From contig CM059431.1 in NCBI GenBank assembly GCA_030390025.1, forward strand, positions 126,172,001-126,236,000: DNA of 64,000 nt, given 5' to 3'. How positions within the stretch are numbered: position 1 is the stretch's first letter; each line of letters opens with the position of its first letter. Of this stretch, positions 40,701 through 53,400 are shown piece by piece. This DNA comes from Squalus acanthias (taxonomy: Eukaryota). The notes below the pieces were generated by a model. The model saw nothing but the letters and a program-made list of their open reading frames with translations. It did no database searches and was not told where the DNA came from. The position numbers and the translations under genes are program-made.

Positions 40701-43700
40701 GCACACACTTCTTACTTTCTCCCCTCCCTTGACCACAACCCAACACTTGTCGGTTTTAATTTCATGTACCCAAGAACTGGACCCTTCCCAGTCAGAGGAG
40801 GAAGAAGAAGAAGACAGTGAAAATGAAGAGACACCATCACTCGACCATACACTCGCAGCCGCCAGCTCAGAGAATGATACTCTACGTATTTTAGAGCCTA
40901 GAATAGAAGAGGGATCTGCAAATGGTGAGACACCGAGCACAAGTGTGCATGGGCCTTGGTGAGGGGAAACGATAGCGCAGGTGTCAGCTCATCGGAGGGC
41001 AAGGTCACACACTATTTCTGCTGCAGAGGACCCAGCTGACGACTTTGATGGGCCAGGCTACAGAAAAAGGCTGATTGGTGCACACACCCCAATGCTTGGT
41101 GCATTGGAAAACCTACCAGAAAGCCTGCGCTCAATGTCAAGGAGCATGGAGGAGTCCAGCACCAACTTGGCACAGGGTGTTGCACAGAGCTTGGAGCCCA
41201 TCCTTTCAAACATGGACGGGTGATCATCTCCATCAGCACACTTGTGGAACCTACCATTATGCAGTGTTTGATGACCAATGTCGCAGCTTCCATTGCAGCA
41301 CAAATAGCTTCCATCAAAGGTCTGAGTGCTGCATTGGCATCTCAGACTGCTGCCTTGCAAGCTCAGACTGCTGCCATCATGATTCTGGATACCACTGTTC
41401 AAAAGAGCTTCCAGGGCATCACAGCAGTCCATCAATCTGTTCTCCCACAGATCAGCAGGATTGCTGAGGTGCCGCCCCAGTAGAATGGCAGTGGGCTCCA
41501 ACCTCTGTGCAACACCTTGTGCCAAGTTGGTGCTGGACTCCTCCATGCTCCTTGACATTGAGTGCAGGCTTTCTGGTAGGTTTTCCAATGCACCAACCTG
41601 CTGCCCTCTCTCAGGATGACAGCATTCCTGCTCCCACCCCTACAACTCTGCCAGTGCACTTGCTGTTGCCTGTCAGCCAGCCAGCCCAGACTGCTGCAGC
41701 CCAGGCAAGATCTAGGACCAGAGCTGCTCGAGGTCACCCTCCAAGGCCATCTGCAGTCTCCTCACTTGAAAGTCAGCATCCTTCCACCACCCATGCTTGC
41801 AACCACTGGGGAAGCATCTCATAGGTGTACTGGGAAAGGTAAAGGCACATGGAAGGCAGGCACTGAGGGGATGTACAAGGCTGCTTAGTTTCATTTTTTA
41901 TGCATTATTTAATGAATGAATTTATAAAATTGAATTAGAATTAGCATTTTCTGGTGGTTTTATTTTTGTGTTGTTGGAAAGAGGATGAGGTGATTGTCAG
42001 TGCTGGAGGAAAGGTAAGGATTGTGGGACTGTTGGTGAATGGGGAGGTGCAGTTGAGATTACTGGTATCGCTCATGAATAATCTGATCACGTAAAGCTTG
42101 GGCAGAAAGGGGCTGTTTACATTGCAGCTACCCTTCCTCTTCCGCTTCCTTGACTTCCTCTGGCATTCCCTCCTCCTACTCCTCCACTTCCTCCTCCTCT
42201 GCTTCATGCTCCTGCACCTCAGTTTCTGGCTTGATAGATTGTGACAAGCGCTCTTCCCTCATAATGGCCAGGTTGTGCAGCATGCAGCATGCAGCATAGT
42301 ACTACAAATCTTGATACACGCTCAGCTGTGTGGTGCTCGGCTCCTCCAGAATGGTCCAGGCAGCGGAATCATTGTTTTTGGACACCAATGGTGTGCTCTA
42401 TAATGTTCTTCATGGCAGCATGGCTCTCAATGTAGGCCTGCTGTGCACGTATGCGTGGGTTCTGGACCGGAGCCATGAGCCATGTCATGATGGGATAACC
42501 CTTGTCACCAAGTATCCAGCCTTTGACTTGCCATGTGGTTTAAATACAGGTGGAATTAAGGACTGCCGCAGAATGAATCGTGACTGTTGGCAGGATAACG
42601 GGCATTCTGTATGATGCACTGCCTTGTGGTTGCACACCAGCTGCACATTGAAGGAGTGGAATCTCTTTTGGTGTTTTTGTATTGTGTTGTTAGAAAGAGG
42701 ACAATCAATTTTTTGGTTGATGTAAATGGCCGAGTTCAGATGAGGAGCACACAAGGCAATGTGTGTGCAGTCATGGCACCCTGCACCATGGGGAAGCCTG
42801 CAATCCATGCAAACCCTAGTGCTCGCTGTTCCTGCTAGTCTCTGGCAAGAAGGAATGAGATGAATGTATTTCTTTTGGTATAGAATTCTCAGTGACCTCC
42901 CTTATAAAGCAGTGTACTGAAAACTGTTAGATGTTGCTTTTATCTCCAGCAGCAACCTGAAAGAAGTCAGATGCATAAAAGTTCAGAGCCACAGTCACCT
43001 TGACAGCCACGGTCACCTTGACAGCCACAGGCAATGCAGTCCTTGCCCTGCTTTGAGGCTGCAGTTGTGACTGCAACACTTGACAGATTTCACTCACGAC
43101 CTCTTTAGTGAAGCAAAGACATCTCATGCATTGATTGGCGCTGAAGTTGAGGTAAGAGAATTGCTCCCTGAAGTCACTCAATGGATATGGCCTCCTGCTG
43201 AGAGCTGTTCTCCTCCTCCTTCTCCTCCCAACATGTACAATTGCACCAGCAGCCAGGAGAAATAATCCAACAACTAACCAGTAAGTGCTTCATGATCCCG
43301 TTAAATAGCGCTGGTCGGGGGCCTTTCATTCAGTTTAACGTTGTGTTCAGCTGTGCGAGGTTAAGACAGGACACAGGCTGGAGTGTGGAGTTGGAAAATG
43401 GTATTGATGGCTTCAAATTAGCGTAGCACACTGATTCGCATTATCATCTTGCTGCTATGCATGCTGCCGGTGGATGGTAGGCGCGCCAATGCCTTTACTA
43501 AGGAGACGTCCTGCACACTTCCCGCTGGAAAGGTGCGTGAGCCTGTTAGACCCCATTTCTGAGTCTTATTTGGCTGCATTGCACCTAAAAAACAGGTGCT
43601 ACACCCAATTTAACCCCCATTGGGAGTAAACTTCCATAAGAAGCAGGTGACCAGACCACTTAAGTAAACAACTGACATTCCTGAATCCGAGTAGCTATCT

Positions 43701-44300
43701 GCGGCAGACTCGAATTTGTAACAAAGAATCTATTTTAAATTGGTGGAAATTAAGATTAATGGGGACAATTTACATCACCTGTCCTTGATGAGAGTGAAGT
43801 GGTAGCACTCTGAAAGTAGTGATACAGCACTTGCAGCTCTGTTCCTGCTGTTGTCAGGACAGTCACCATTTTGATGAGGTGCTTCATATGAATGGCACAG
43901 GTGCTTGCAGATAAAAGCCAAGCTCCTCATTAGCCCATGTAAATCGGAGTCCTTTGGCGTTATCGGACCCCTGCTTAAGCCCCGCCCAATGGAACTGTAC
44001 ATACAGTGGTCTAACTAGTAATCCTTGAAGGGACTGCTGGAGCCCACTCTGAAAACAGAAAAGGTGAGTTTTTTGAATGATGAAAAACTATCCCATCCTC
44101 TGCTGGTTCCTCTGTGGCCTCACTCCAACTATCACCCAAACCTCCCCTTTAATTGAATTTGGCCAGCTCGGCTCCACGGAGGATACCCCTCTCAATCAGC
44201 GGGTTGCCTGTCTGCCCTCCAAATGAGCGGGCAGCTCACCAACGGCATGTTAATGAGGCCTAACTCTGAAAATTGGTTGGGCCTCTCACCAGTAAACATT

Positions 44301-45060
44301 GGGCCAGAAATTCGGGTCGGAAGCTTCCCGCGGGTGCAAGCCCCCGACCTGCACTTACCTAGCGTGCCTGCCGTTGTGCTGTGGGCCCGCGTGGGATTCC
44401 GGTCCTGTGCCTCCTGCAGCTGCCGGTGTGCAGTGCTTGCGTATCCCAGGGGCGCAGTTAGTTCGAAGCATCCCCTGGGATCACATGGGCCATGGAGAGC
44501 CAATCGGAGCAGGGAATCTCCATTCATAGATTTGACAGGAAGACCTGTCAAATCTATGAATAGAGATCACCCCCCAAAACCTAACTAAAACTTCAAATAC
44601 ATTAAAAAAAATCACATTTTTAAAATAACTATAAATTACATAAATTAACTAGCTTAAACAAAAATTTACATTTTTGAAAAAATTATTTACAGTTTTTAAC
44701 GGGGCTAAAAATAAACTTACCTTTCTTTAAAGTATTTAAAAAAGATAAACCTGTGGAAAAAATGTTGAAATTTCATTTAATTCACCACTTACCTTGTTAA
44801 AAGCAGGCCTTGTGCCTGCTTTTTCCCCGCGCAGCTGCTGGGGACTTGCCCTCACTTCAAACCTGTAAAAAAAACGGAACTTCGCTGCATGCGCGCTGCC
44901 TCTCCGGCGCACGCGTTTGACCTCCAAACCCCTTCCTTCAAGGGAACGGAAGTTCCGGTTTCCAGCGCATGCGCAGTGCATGCGCGAAACCGGCACTTTC
45001 GTTGGGTCTACGGGTGAGTACACAGCGCATACTCACCCGTGGAGACCCGAATTTCTGCGG
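44301..45060. mobile_element. MITE-like element with TIRs
   Basis: CAGAAATTCGGGTC ... GACCCGAATTTCTG. AT-rich centre and internal palindromes. Confidence 0.6.
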
Positions 45061-46884
45061 TGGGCCCACCGCCAATCCAATCTTTGTCAAAACTGAAAAT
45101 CAGTTCCAATGAGTTCTGTGTCACAGAATGGTTGTTTCTAGTATTTGCGGTAGGAAAGGAGGAAACAGTATTATTGCACTAATTTATCTTATCATGCCTT
45201 GGCTGTAATTGAAAAATGCCCCCTTTCCAAAAGTGATTAGAACCGAGGATAAGCAGTAGCTGATAAAGTAATGCAATTCACTTCTTAAAACATTCATTTC
45301 AGTTGTGAAATGAGTTAATTAAGATAGTACATTCCATTGAAAAAGCAATACAATTTTAATCAAAATTACGACTGAATAGCAAAACAGCAACATCAGCAGC
45401 ACTTTTTAAAAAACTGAACTGTTACAAAGAATTATGAACAAATACAAGTTTATTTAACACTGTTAGTGCCAGAGAGCAATAATTTTCAGGATGCAAAGCT
45501 GTTTTGACACTCAGAAATGCAAATTAGATAGATTTCTTTCAGGATATAACATTTTGGGGTACAGTATATGAGTAAGGACGTGGTAAGTGTAGCATGCTTG
45601 GGAGGAACAGGTGACTTTGGACCTGTGGTTCCCAAAGCTCCCCACTACTAGGGTTTTCCTTGTGTCATGTCTGGGTCTGTTGGAGACTAATTGATAGAGA
45701 TTGGTTGCTATGATTCGTCAACAACTCCATTATCATTGTATCATGCGACTTCTAGGATGATAGAAGGCAATCTAGATGAACCTTGTCCTTTTCCCGTGTA
45801 GCAATTCCTCTGCTCCTATGAAAGCAATTTCACTGTTCCCGCGCTTGATGGTTCTATACTTCATGGGTCAAGAAGGTTTGTACATTTAACACTCCTATTC
45901 ACTCATTAACTTCTCAAGGGCTAATACAACAATTCCCAAACACAACAGGGTTACAATGTTCTCCTTTTCTGCTTGTTCTTTTAAATTTTTGTCTTAATTA
46001 TCCTTTCTGTCTCTTTTTCTCTCTCTTAATCCATTTTCTTTTCCCCTCTTTATTTCTCTTTCTGTGTCTAATTTGACTCTAATTCACCCAATTTCCGTGT
46101 CCTCCATTCGCTTTGTTTCTTTCTCTAACTTTTTCTTTCATTGGTTAAGGAGATAGACCATTGGGCACGACGTTCATAAGGTCCCTGATGCAACATTGAC
46201 ATTGCTGCACTGTTATCGCTTTGATGTTCCATCAATAGTGCGATGTGAACGGTGCGATTAAAAAGTCTAATTAATGTCATTGCAGTAATTTCAGGCCTGA
46301 TAATTCATTTCCTTCATGCAGGCTGGCTCAGTGACTCTTCACAGAGTCGTATCCTGATAATTCCTTGTAACTATTTCATTGCTTTTAAATAGATAGCAAT
46401 GATGAAAAAATGGTCTTCAATTGATGAATCTTGATTAATGCAAGCCTTTGTGATCATTTGTGGAGATACATGGAATACTCTAAAATTTGATTAGGCAAAC
46501 AACTTAAATTTACAAGCTTCATCAATCTATTTGGAATCTATAAAATATTGATCCAGTCTCATGAGATTATCTTCTAATTTTGAGTCTATATATATTATTA
46601 AGGTGTAACTATATATTCTCATACCAAAAATTAATGGGGGGTGAAATTGGTCTTCGGCTATTGCAAAATGGCTGATAGCGAATCAGCAGCCTGTTTTACA
46701 CTCTATCTGATTTTCTGGCAAAGTGTTAAATGAGCTGCCAATTCATTGTCGCCCAATTTGTACTTCTGCCGAAGACCAATTTCATACCCAACAATTTCAA
46801 AATTGCTGCTATTTGGCTGTTTAGCAATCAAGTAATCAGATCGACAAACCCTGAGAGAAATCCTTGTAGATCAGCTATGAAACC

Positions 46885-48594
46885 TGTAGAATTCGCAATA
46901 TATCGCGATTTTATAAATAAGGAGAGAACACATAGTTTCGTTCAAACAGCTTTTATTTCAGCAGAATGCTGTCAGGTTTCAAAGTGGACACAAGCAGCTT
47001 GTAAAATGGCCGCCGCACCTCGTGGCGGAACATTCTAGACTTTTCGACAGGCAGACAAGATGGCGTTCCAATAAACATTTGTGCAAGATCGATTAAGACT
47101 CAGCACATTGAAGATAATACACGAGACATCATGGGTTTACAGTATACACATAAATACTGAAATCGGTCTCCCAGGTACGAATGAAAGCTATTGTACCAAG
47201 TAATCAAGAGCCCATCCAAAGACATTAATATGTAAAATCCCAACGACTCTACGATGAGAGAGCCGTTAGCGGGTAGTTACAGAAAACACTTGGAAGCCCC
47301 AAAACCCCTCCAGGGAGAACACCGACCGATTAAACAATGGGAGAAATATTAACAGGTACTCAGACATTTACGAGTAGCCCCGAAACCCATTAAAAACGGA
47401 GATCACCCTATACAAGACATTTGAGCGCCAAACCCTAACAAAAGAAAAGACATTAAGGTTGGGCGGGAAACGGAAGATTTTGTACTATAATTACAAGCTC
47501 CAAACCGTCCATCGCTCTCTTATCCTCTTATCTTGCTGGTGTTCATCCTCGTGGCTGCTCCTGTGCTCTTGACTCGCCGTCTTGTTCCTGCTTGCCTCGT
47601 GTCTCTTTTAAAAGACTGTTGAACTTTGTGATCCGCTCGGATCTACCTCGTGTCGTGTCGCGAAGACCTGTGTAGAACTGGGCTCTGAAGCCTTGAAGCG
47701 GGCGCACCATTCCGATAAGTCGGTAAACGGTGTCGGAACCGAAGGCCCGAGACGAGATGAGATGAGATGAGATGAGATGAGAAGAGAAGAAGACCATACT
47801 TATCGCCACGGTCAGTAAGCCCCGACCGCGCCTGTAGGTCGAATAGACATTTTCCCTGCCAGGAAGACTTCTTTGAGTTCTACAGAACTGACACAGGAAG
47901 ACTCTTCTTTGAATTTTATCGCACCCGTGCGAGGGCACAGGAAGACTCTTTTTTGAGTAGAGTCGGAACTCCGAGGACAACACAGATCTTCATGACAGCA
48001 GACGTTCCAGCCTGCTAGCCGGAGCAGAAACGAGTAAACAAGTGGGGCCAGGAGACCCCCTGATCGACACGTGGGTGCTGCGGTGAAAAACATCCGAGCA
48101 GAGTTTTCGGAATTCTCCGAGTTATCACGAGTGGTGAGCATGAGTCTCGAATCCTACGAATCTAGTTTAGAATAGGTATTGATAGGGGAGGGTTTAAGTT
48201 TTAAGGATAATTGTAATGTGCGCCCCCATTTACGATGTGTCGTTCGTTCCTCGTTTCCCTGAAATTAATTACATAACTGCGTGCAAGATTGTACTGTCAT
48301 TAATCTGTGCTTATGACATGTATTTCGTAATCTTAAGTATTATGCAATAAAGATTTTCCATTTCGTACCATTCAACCGAGTCTACCTGAGTTTCATCTCC
48401 ATTACTGCTCTCGCATCTAAGTCCAGTGTCTAGAACCGTAAGGGCGAGTGGGTCGAACCACTCACAGGTGTGTCTAGTGCTCCCAGACTGGCTGGAGACC
48501 AGAACAGGCAATAAGGCCTAAACCCGCACTAGCATCCAGGCTGCACAGAGCCACACGAATCTCACAGGCTGAGAGACGGTCAGAAACCCTTACA
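46885..48594 (+). repeat. 5' LTR of provirus B (1710 bp)
   Basis: TG...CA termini. GC box at 47461, TATA-like TATAAT at 47486, AATAAA at 48346, internal (GAGAT)n. Confidence 0.96.
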
Positions 48595-48598
48595 GAAA

Positions 48599-50404
48599 AT
48601 GGCGACCGCGGCAGGACACTGGCAGCGAGAGGGTAGTGTGTTAGACTTTGGTGTGAATGTACAAAATGTTATGCAGGAAAAGATAGCAGATTATGTGTTC
48701 GGAAAGGTAAATTTAACTAAGAAATGGATAAGTGACCTGTTAGCGGATAAGAGTCCACTAGAGGCAGCCGAGAGGTGGACAGATAGTAAGGAACATAAAA
48801 AGACAGTCGAGAAAGCAGTCTGGTTAATGTGTTACAAAAGGCAGGTCCAGATTTCAAACCAAGTCATTACAGCACAAACAGCTCGGATCAGGCATTTAGA
48901 GGAGGAAATGGATGAGAAGGTCTCTGGAGGGGAGTTGCTCATTAGGAATTTAAGTGTGCTGCACCAAGAACGCCAGGAAATCACCAGTCACCATAAAACA
49001 AGGATAGATTACCTCGAGTGCCAGGTCACTGAGGCAAAGTTAAGTGAGGGCAGACTAAAGGAACGATGTGCCCGCCAAGCTGCCCAGATAAGAACCCAGG
49101 AAGAGAGCTTAATGGGGGTTAGGGCAGCATATAAGTTGGCCCTTGAGGATAAGTTTCAGGGGGCCGATCATAGCGCCTGCCAACAGGAGATAGAGCACCT
49201 TAAAAGGGCCGTGAACAAAGCGCACGGCATGGTGTGCCTTATCAGTCCGTCAGCACACCAGCCGCTAGTAAATGAGGAATTTCAGAAATCCCCACCAAGT
49301 AAAGCAAAGGAAGTATTGGCCACTGCGCCCTCCGCGCCACCCAGCTATTCGGAAACCTGGGTAAGGGAGGAAGTAGTGGAAGAAACGAAAGAGCCCACTG
49401 AGGGAGAAGTGGAAAAGGGACCGTTGTATCCGGTAACGGGTATAAAAAGGGGCCCAAACAGAAACGGGGAGGAAGAAGGGGTTCTCCTCAACCAGCTTGT
49501 GTTGCCTCACAGCTCACACCAGCTGAGAGTTATGATAAATCACGTACGGAAGCTGACCGAGTCAGACGACCCTTCCGTACATTTCAGAGAAATTGAGCAA
49601 ACCGCAGCCATCAACGGCTGCGATGATGGGGAAACAGCAAAAATGCTGTTATTTTCGTTAGGCAGTTCAATCCTTCAGTGTCTCTCGGACGAGAGCAAGA
49701 GGGGAACCAAGACTTATGAGGCATTGAAAAATGAGGTCCTAGAAGTGTTGGGGGCGGACGATGAAGGTCCGTTTGCTAGAGTGGGACAGACAGTGCAGAT
49801 GGAGGGAGAACCCCCGAAGGTTTTTGCCGACAGGCTGTGGCCAGTATATCAGCGCAGCTGTCCAGGTGCGCCAGAGCGCGACGCTGTGGACGGCGCCGGT
49901 TTAAATCATTGGCTCAGGTGTATAGTAGCCAACAGTTTGCCAGCCGTCAGAGAACAGGCAAAGGCGTGGTTTGATCCCAATGACCCCAACATTACGGAAG
50001 AGTCGGTCTTGAATCGACTCACGATAGGATATCGCAATATCAGGGGTATGGGAACACGTCCCCTTAAGGGAAAAGTACATGAGGTACGACCCGCAGCCCC
50101 GGCTCAAAGGGAGTGGCATCAGGAGGGTAACCGCGCCCCGCAGGCAAGTAATGCTTGTTACGGGTGTGGGAGGACAGGGCACTGGCGCAAGAACTGCAGG
50201 AACCCTTGGAAGGATTCCAGGGATAAAAATCCCGCAGCCCGAGCCCAGATGCCTGTCTCTGTTAGGGAAGCTAGTGCACCCACCCCTCCCGACGACCTCG
50301 AATCAGTGTTGGGAGCCATGCGCAACTTCATGAGTGCGCATGGAAAAGTGGCGGTTGCTACCGGCCCCGTAGGTGCCGCAGGACCGTCTAACCAGACCCA
50401 ATGA
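48599..50404 (+). CDS. gag: Gag, 601 aa: N-terminal coiled coil, capsid-like region, single CCHC knuckle
   Basis: Intact ORF right after the LTR. Zinc knuckle CYGCGRTGHWRKNC (Cx2Cx4Hx4C). Confidence 0.92.
   Translation: MATAAGHWQREGSVLDFGVNVQNVMQEKIADYVFGKVNLTKKWISDLLADKSPLEAAERWTDSKEHKKTVEKAVWLMCYKRQVQISNQVITAQTARIRHLEEEMDEKVSGGELLIRNLSVLHQERQEITSHHKTRIDYLECQVTEAKLSEGRLKERCARQAAQIRTQEESLMGVRAAYKLALEDKFQGADHSACQQEIEHLKRAVNKAHGMVCLISPSAHQPLVNEEFQKSPPSKAKEVLATAPSAPPSYSETWVREEVVEETKEPTEGEVEKGPLYPVTGIKRGPNRNGEEEGVLLNQLVLPHSSHQLRVMINHVRKLTESDDPSVHFREIEQTAAINGCDDGETAKMLLFSLGSSILQCLSDESKRGTKTYEALKNEVLEVLGADDEGPFARVGQTVQMEGEPPKVFADRLWPVYQRSCPGAPERDAVDGAGLNHWLRCIVANSLPAVREQAKAWFDPNDPNITEESVLNRLTIGYRNIRGMGTRPLKGKVHEVRPAAPAQREWHQEGNRAPQASNACYGCGRTGHWRKNCRNPWKDSRDKNPAARAQMPVSVREASAPTPPDDLESVLGAMRNFMSAHGKVAVATGPVGAAGPSNQTQ
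48600..48617 (+). promoter_or_regulatory. Primer-binding site, tRNA-Arg(UCG)-type
   Basis: TGGCGACCGCGGCAGGAC, 5 nt after the LTR. It is complementary to the 3' end ...GUCCUGCCGCGGUCGCCA of vertebrate tRNA-Arg(TCG) as I recall that sequence. Confidence 0.85.
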
Positions 50405-53400
50405 CTAGAGCCCGCGCAGCTCGTCTACCTGTGTCCGCTCAGCTATGATGCGTGGAAGCGACCCCTGGTGGAAATGGAGGTAGAGAAACAGAAGGGTAGT
50501 TATTTGTTAGACACGGGAGCTTCTTGCGCCGTGATTCATACAGATAGCCCTTTTGACTCACCGCTATCTACCAAGGTCCCATTCACATTAGCGGGATTCA
50601 CGGGAAAAGAACAGGCTGGCGCGTTCTCCTTTCCGCTATCCATTCGTTTGGGGGCACTTCACATCAAGTGGAAGTGCATATTGATGGAATGGCAGGAGGG
50701 GGGTGGAAGAGGTATCCTCGGGTCCGATCTTCTATCAGGACACGGGATCCTCGTGGACCTCAGAAATCATTGTCTCTGGGGGGCTAAGAGTGAAAAAGGC
50801 GAGGTCGTGGTAATTCCGGGGGAGGAAGAAACAGGGGTCCTGTGTACCATGCAGCCATCCGGAGGCTACGACCTCGGGCTCATGGTCGCAGATGTCCCAA
50901 CGGACATGCAAACGTACGTGTCAGATAATATGCACGCGTTTGCAACCCACAAGCACGATTGTGGGAGGGTTACCGGGTTGGAGGTCAGCGTAGATGGGGA
51001 CCCCATGACCCGGCCCCAAAAACAGTATAACTTCCCCAAAGAAGCAGAACCCGATATGGAGACAGCAATGTCCTCCTTGGTGCAGCAGGGCGTGTTGAGG
51101 CCAATAGCCACACACGTGAACTCCCCATTATGGCCGGTTAGGAAGCCGGATAATTCGTGGAGGGCCACGGTGGACTACAGAGTCCTTAACAGTAACATTC
51201 CCGCCTGCGCGCCCACGGTAGCAGCAGTTGCTGACCTAATAGGGAGTATCCCAGCGTCTGCGACCACGTTCACGGTGCTGGATATCTCGAACGGTTTTTG
51301 GTCCATCCCGCTGCGGCGAGAGGACCAGTACAAGTTTGCCTTTACTTTCAAAGGACAACAGTACACATGGAACTGTCTGCCACAGGGTTTCCACAATAGC
51401 CCCAGTATTTTCCATCAGTGTATGGCAGGAAGTTTAAAGGAGTTTAGTCAGCCCAATCAGATAGTGCAGTACGTGGATGATTTGCTCCTATTTACGGATT
51501 CAAGGGAGGAGCATGGACCACTGCTGGCCGAGTTATTGGAGCTGTTAGCGAGAAAGGGTTTTAAAGTAAACCCTAAGAAAGCACGTATCGGTCAGCAGGA
51601 AGTAAAATTCCTGGGGCTGACCATTCGCGCTGGGGAAAGAGCCATAGATAAGGCTAGGAGGGAGTCGGTGCAAGAGTTACCAATTCCTAACAACATAAGG
51701 GGTGTGAGGTCCTTCTTGGAACTGACCGGTTACTGCAGGGATTTTATCGAAGACTATGCGGCCACAGCGGCGCCGCTCCTCCGACTCCTCCATAAGGGAG
51801 TGGAGTGGTCTTGGGACGAGGGCTGCCAAGCAGCCTTCGAGAAGTTAAAAAGGGATCTGCAGACCGCGCCAGCCTTAGGGGCCATAGATGGGGGGAAGGA
51901 GTTTTTCCTGGAGGTAGCTGCCAGCGGGGACAGCTTGAGCGCTGTGCTGCTCCAAGAGCGTCACGGCAAGCTGAGGCCGGTTGTCTATTCGTCCAGGGTG
52001 TTAACGGATGTGGAGAGAAGTTTCTCCAATTGCGAAAGGCACCTTTTAGCCACGCATTGGGCTGTGAAAAGATCAGCGATCTTCACAGGGCTCTCTCCCA
52101 TCACTCTCCTCACCCACCACACACCAACTAAGATGCTTCTAGATGGGAGGATTAAAGATGGGACCGTAAGCAGCGTGCGTTTTGCGCGCTGGACCATTCT
52201 TCTTTCCCAGATGGATCTTAGAGTAAAAGGTCTTTGCGAGCCCAGGCTTGCGGCCAATTTGGTATACCCCGGTACAGCCCACCGATGTTCGGCGGAAGGG
52301 GTGTGGGACGTCAACATAGGTTTGCGGGCCGGGATACATCCCACTGGGCGCGAGATTTATGTTGATGGTTCTAGCACAGTATCTGCTGGCGAACGACTCA
52401 CAGACTGTGTAGTTTATGACCCTGCGGCAAACCTTGCCCTGGCGATCAAGCTCCCTAGCACCATGAGCGCGCAGCAGGCTGAGCTGTCTGCTGTGGTGTA
52501 TGTTGTTACCCACCCAGACATCTTCCCAACCCTATACACGATTTGCTCGGACAGTATGTTCACATGTAATTCGTGTACGGAATACCTGGCCATTTGGTCC
52601 CGCCGTGGATACACCTCCGCGGACGGGCGACCTTTAACGGTGAAGCCCTTGCTGGAAAAGATCCTAGCAGCAGTAGGGGATGAAGGGGAGATTTTCATCC
52701 ATAAGGTGAAAGCTCACTCCTCCACAGAGCCCCGTGGGGAGGGCAACCAGCAGGCAGATGCGCTAGCCAGGGAAGGTGCCCGCAACGGCATTTTCTGGGA
52801 CCCCTATGGGACCAGACCCATGGCAGCGATCCAAGGCAGGGACGGGAATCCCGGGAACCCCAGGGTAGCATTGCCCCTAGACCTTAAGACCGTCGAAACC
52901 CAGGATCCCGCCCTAAAAGCAGTCCTAAAAACCATTGCTGAAGGGAAGCAAGTAGAGGGTCCGTACAGTACGGCAACCCTCTCAGTTAAGGAAGGCATGC
53001 TGTTCCGCGAGGGGCAGTGGGTTGTGCCGCAGCAGCACAGGAGGGAATTCCTCCAGTTGGCTCACGAGGGACCAGGGGCAGGGCACCCCGGGCCCGAGGT
53101 TACCTGGCAACGGGTAGAGCAAGCGGGATGGTGGCCAGGGCTCAGGGAACAGGTCCGCGAGTTCTGTGCAAACTGTCTTGTGTGCGCTGCAAACAACCCA
53201 GACCCCCAGAAAAGGAAAGTGCCCATGGGGCACGTAAGAAGGGTAGAGGGACCATGGCAGTCGATACAGATCGACTATATAGGGCACCTGCCTACCACCC
53301 AGGGAGGCTATAAATACTGCCTCGTCTTGGTGGATGTGTTTTCCAAATGGGTGGAAGCCTTCCCCTGTCGAACAGCTACGGCACTGGGTACTGCAAAAAT

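Larger units (their letters stand above)
32090..43618. mobile_element. Decayed two-gene Harbinger (Myb-like gene on +, transposase on - at ~42050-43260) hosting provirus A
   Basis: WEEVTKEINA...QCRKKFNDL exon, ttgcag acceptor at 32500, acidic exon at ~40770. Transposase pieces LPVAVKVTVALNFYA and FHSFNVQLVC. TIR-like AATTTAACCCCC at the right end; left end not found. Confidence 0.75.

Noticed and set aside
47543..48141. LTR antisense ORFs containing HLISS repeats (also at 2668, 58788 and 58952)
   Set aside because: These are translations of the (GAGAT)n microsatellite. Frames and ends differ among LTR copies.
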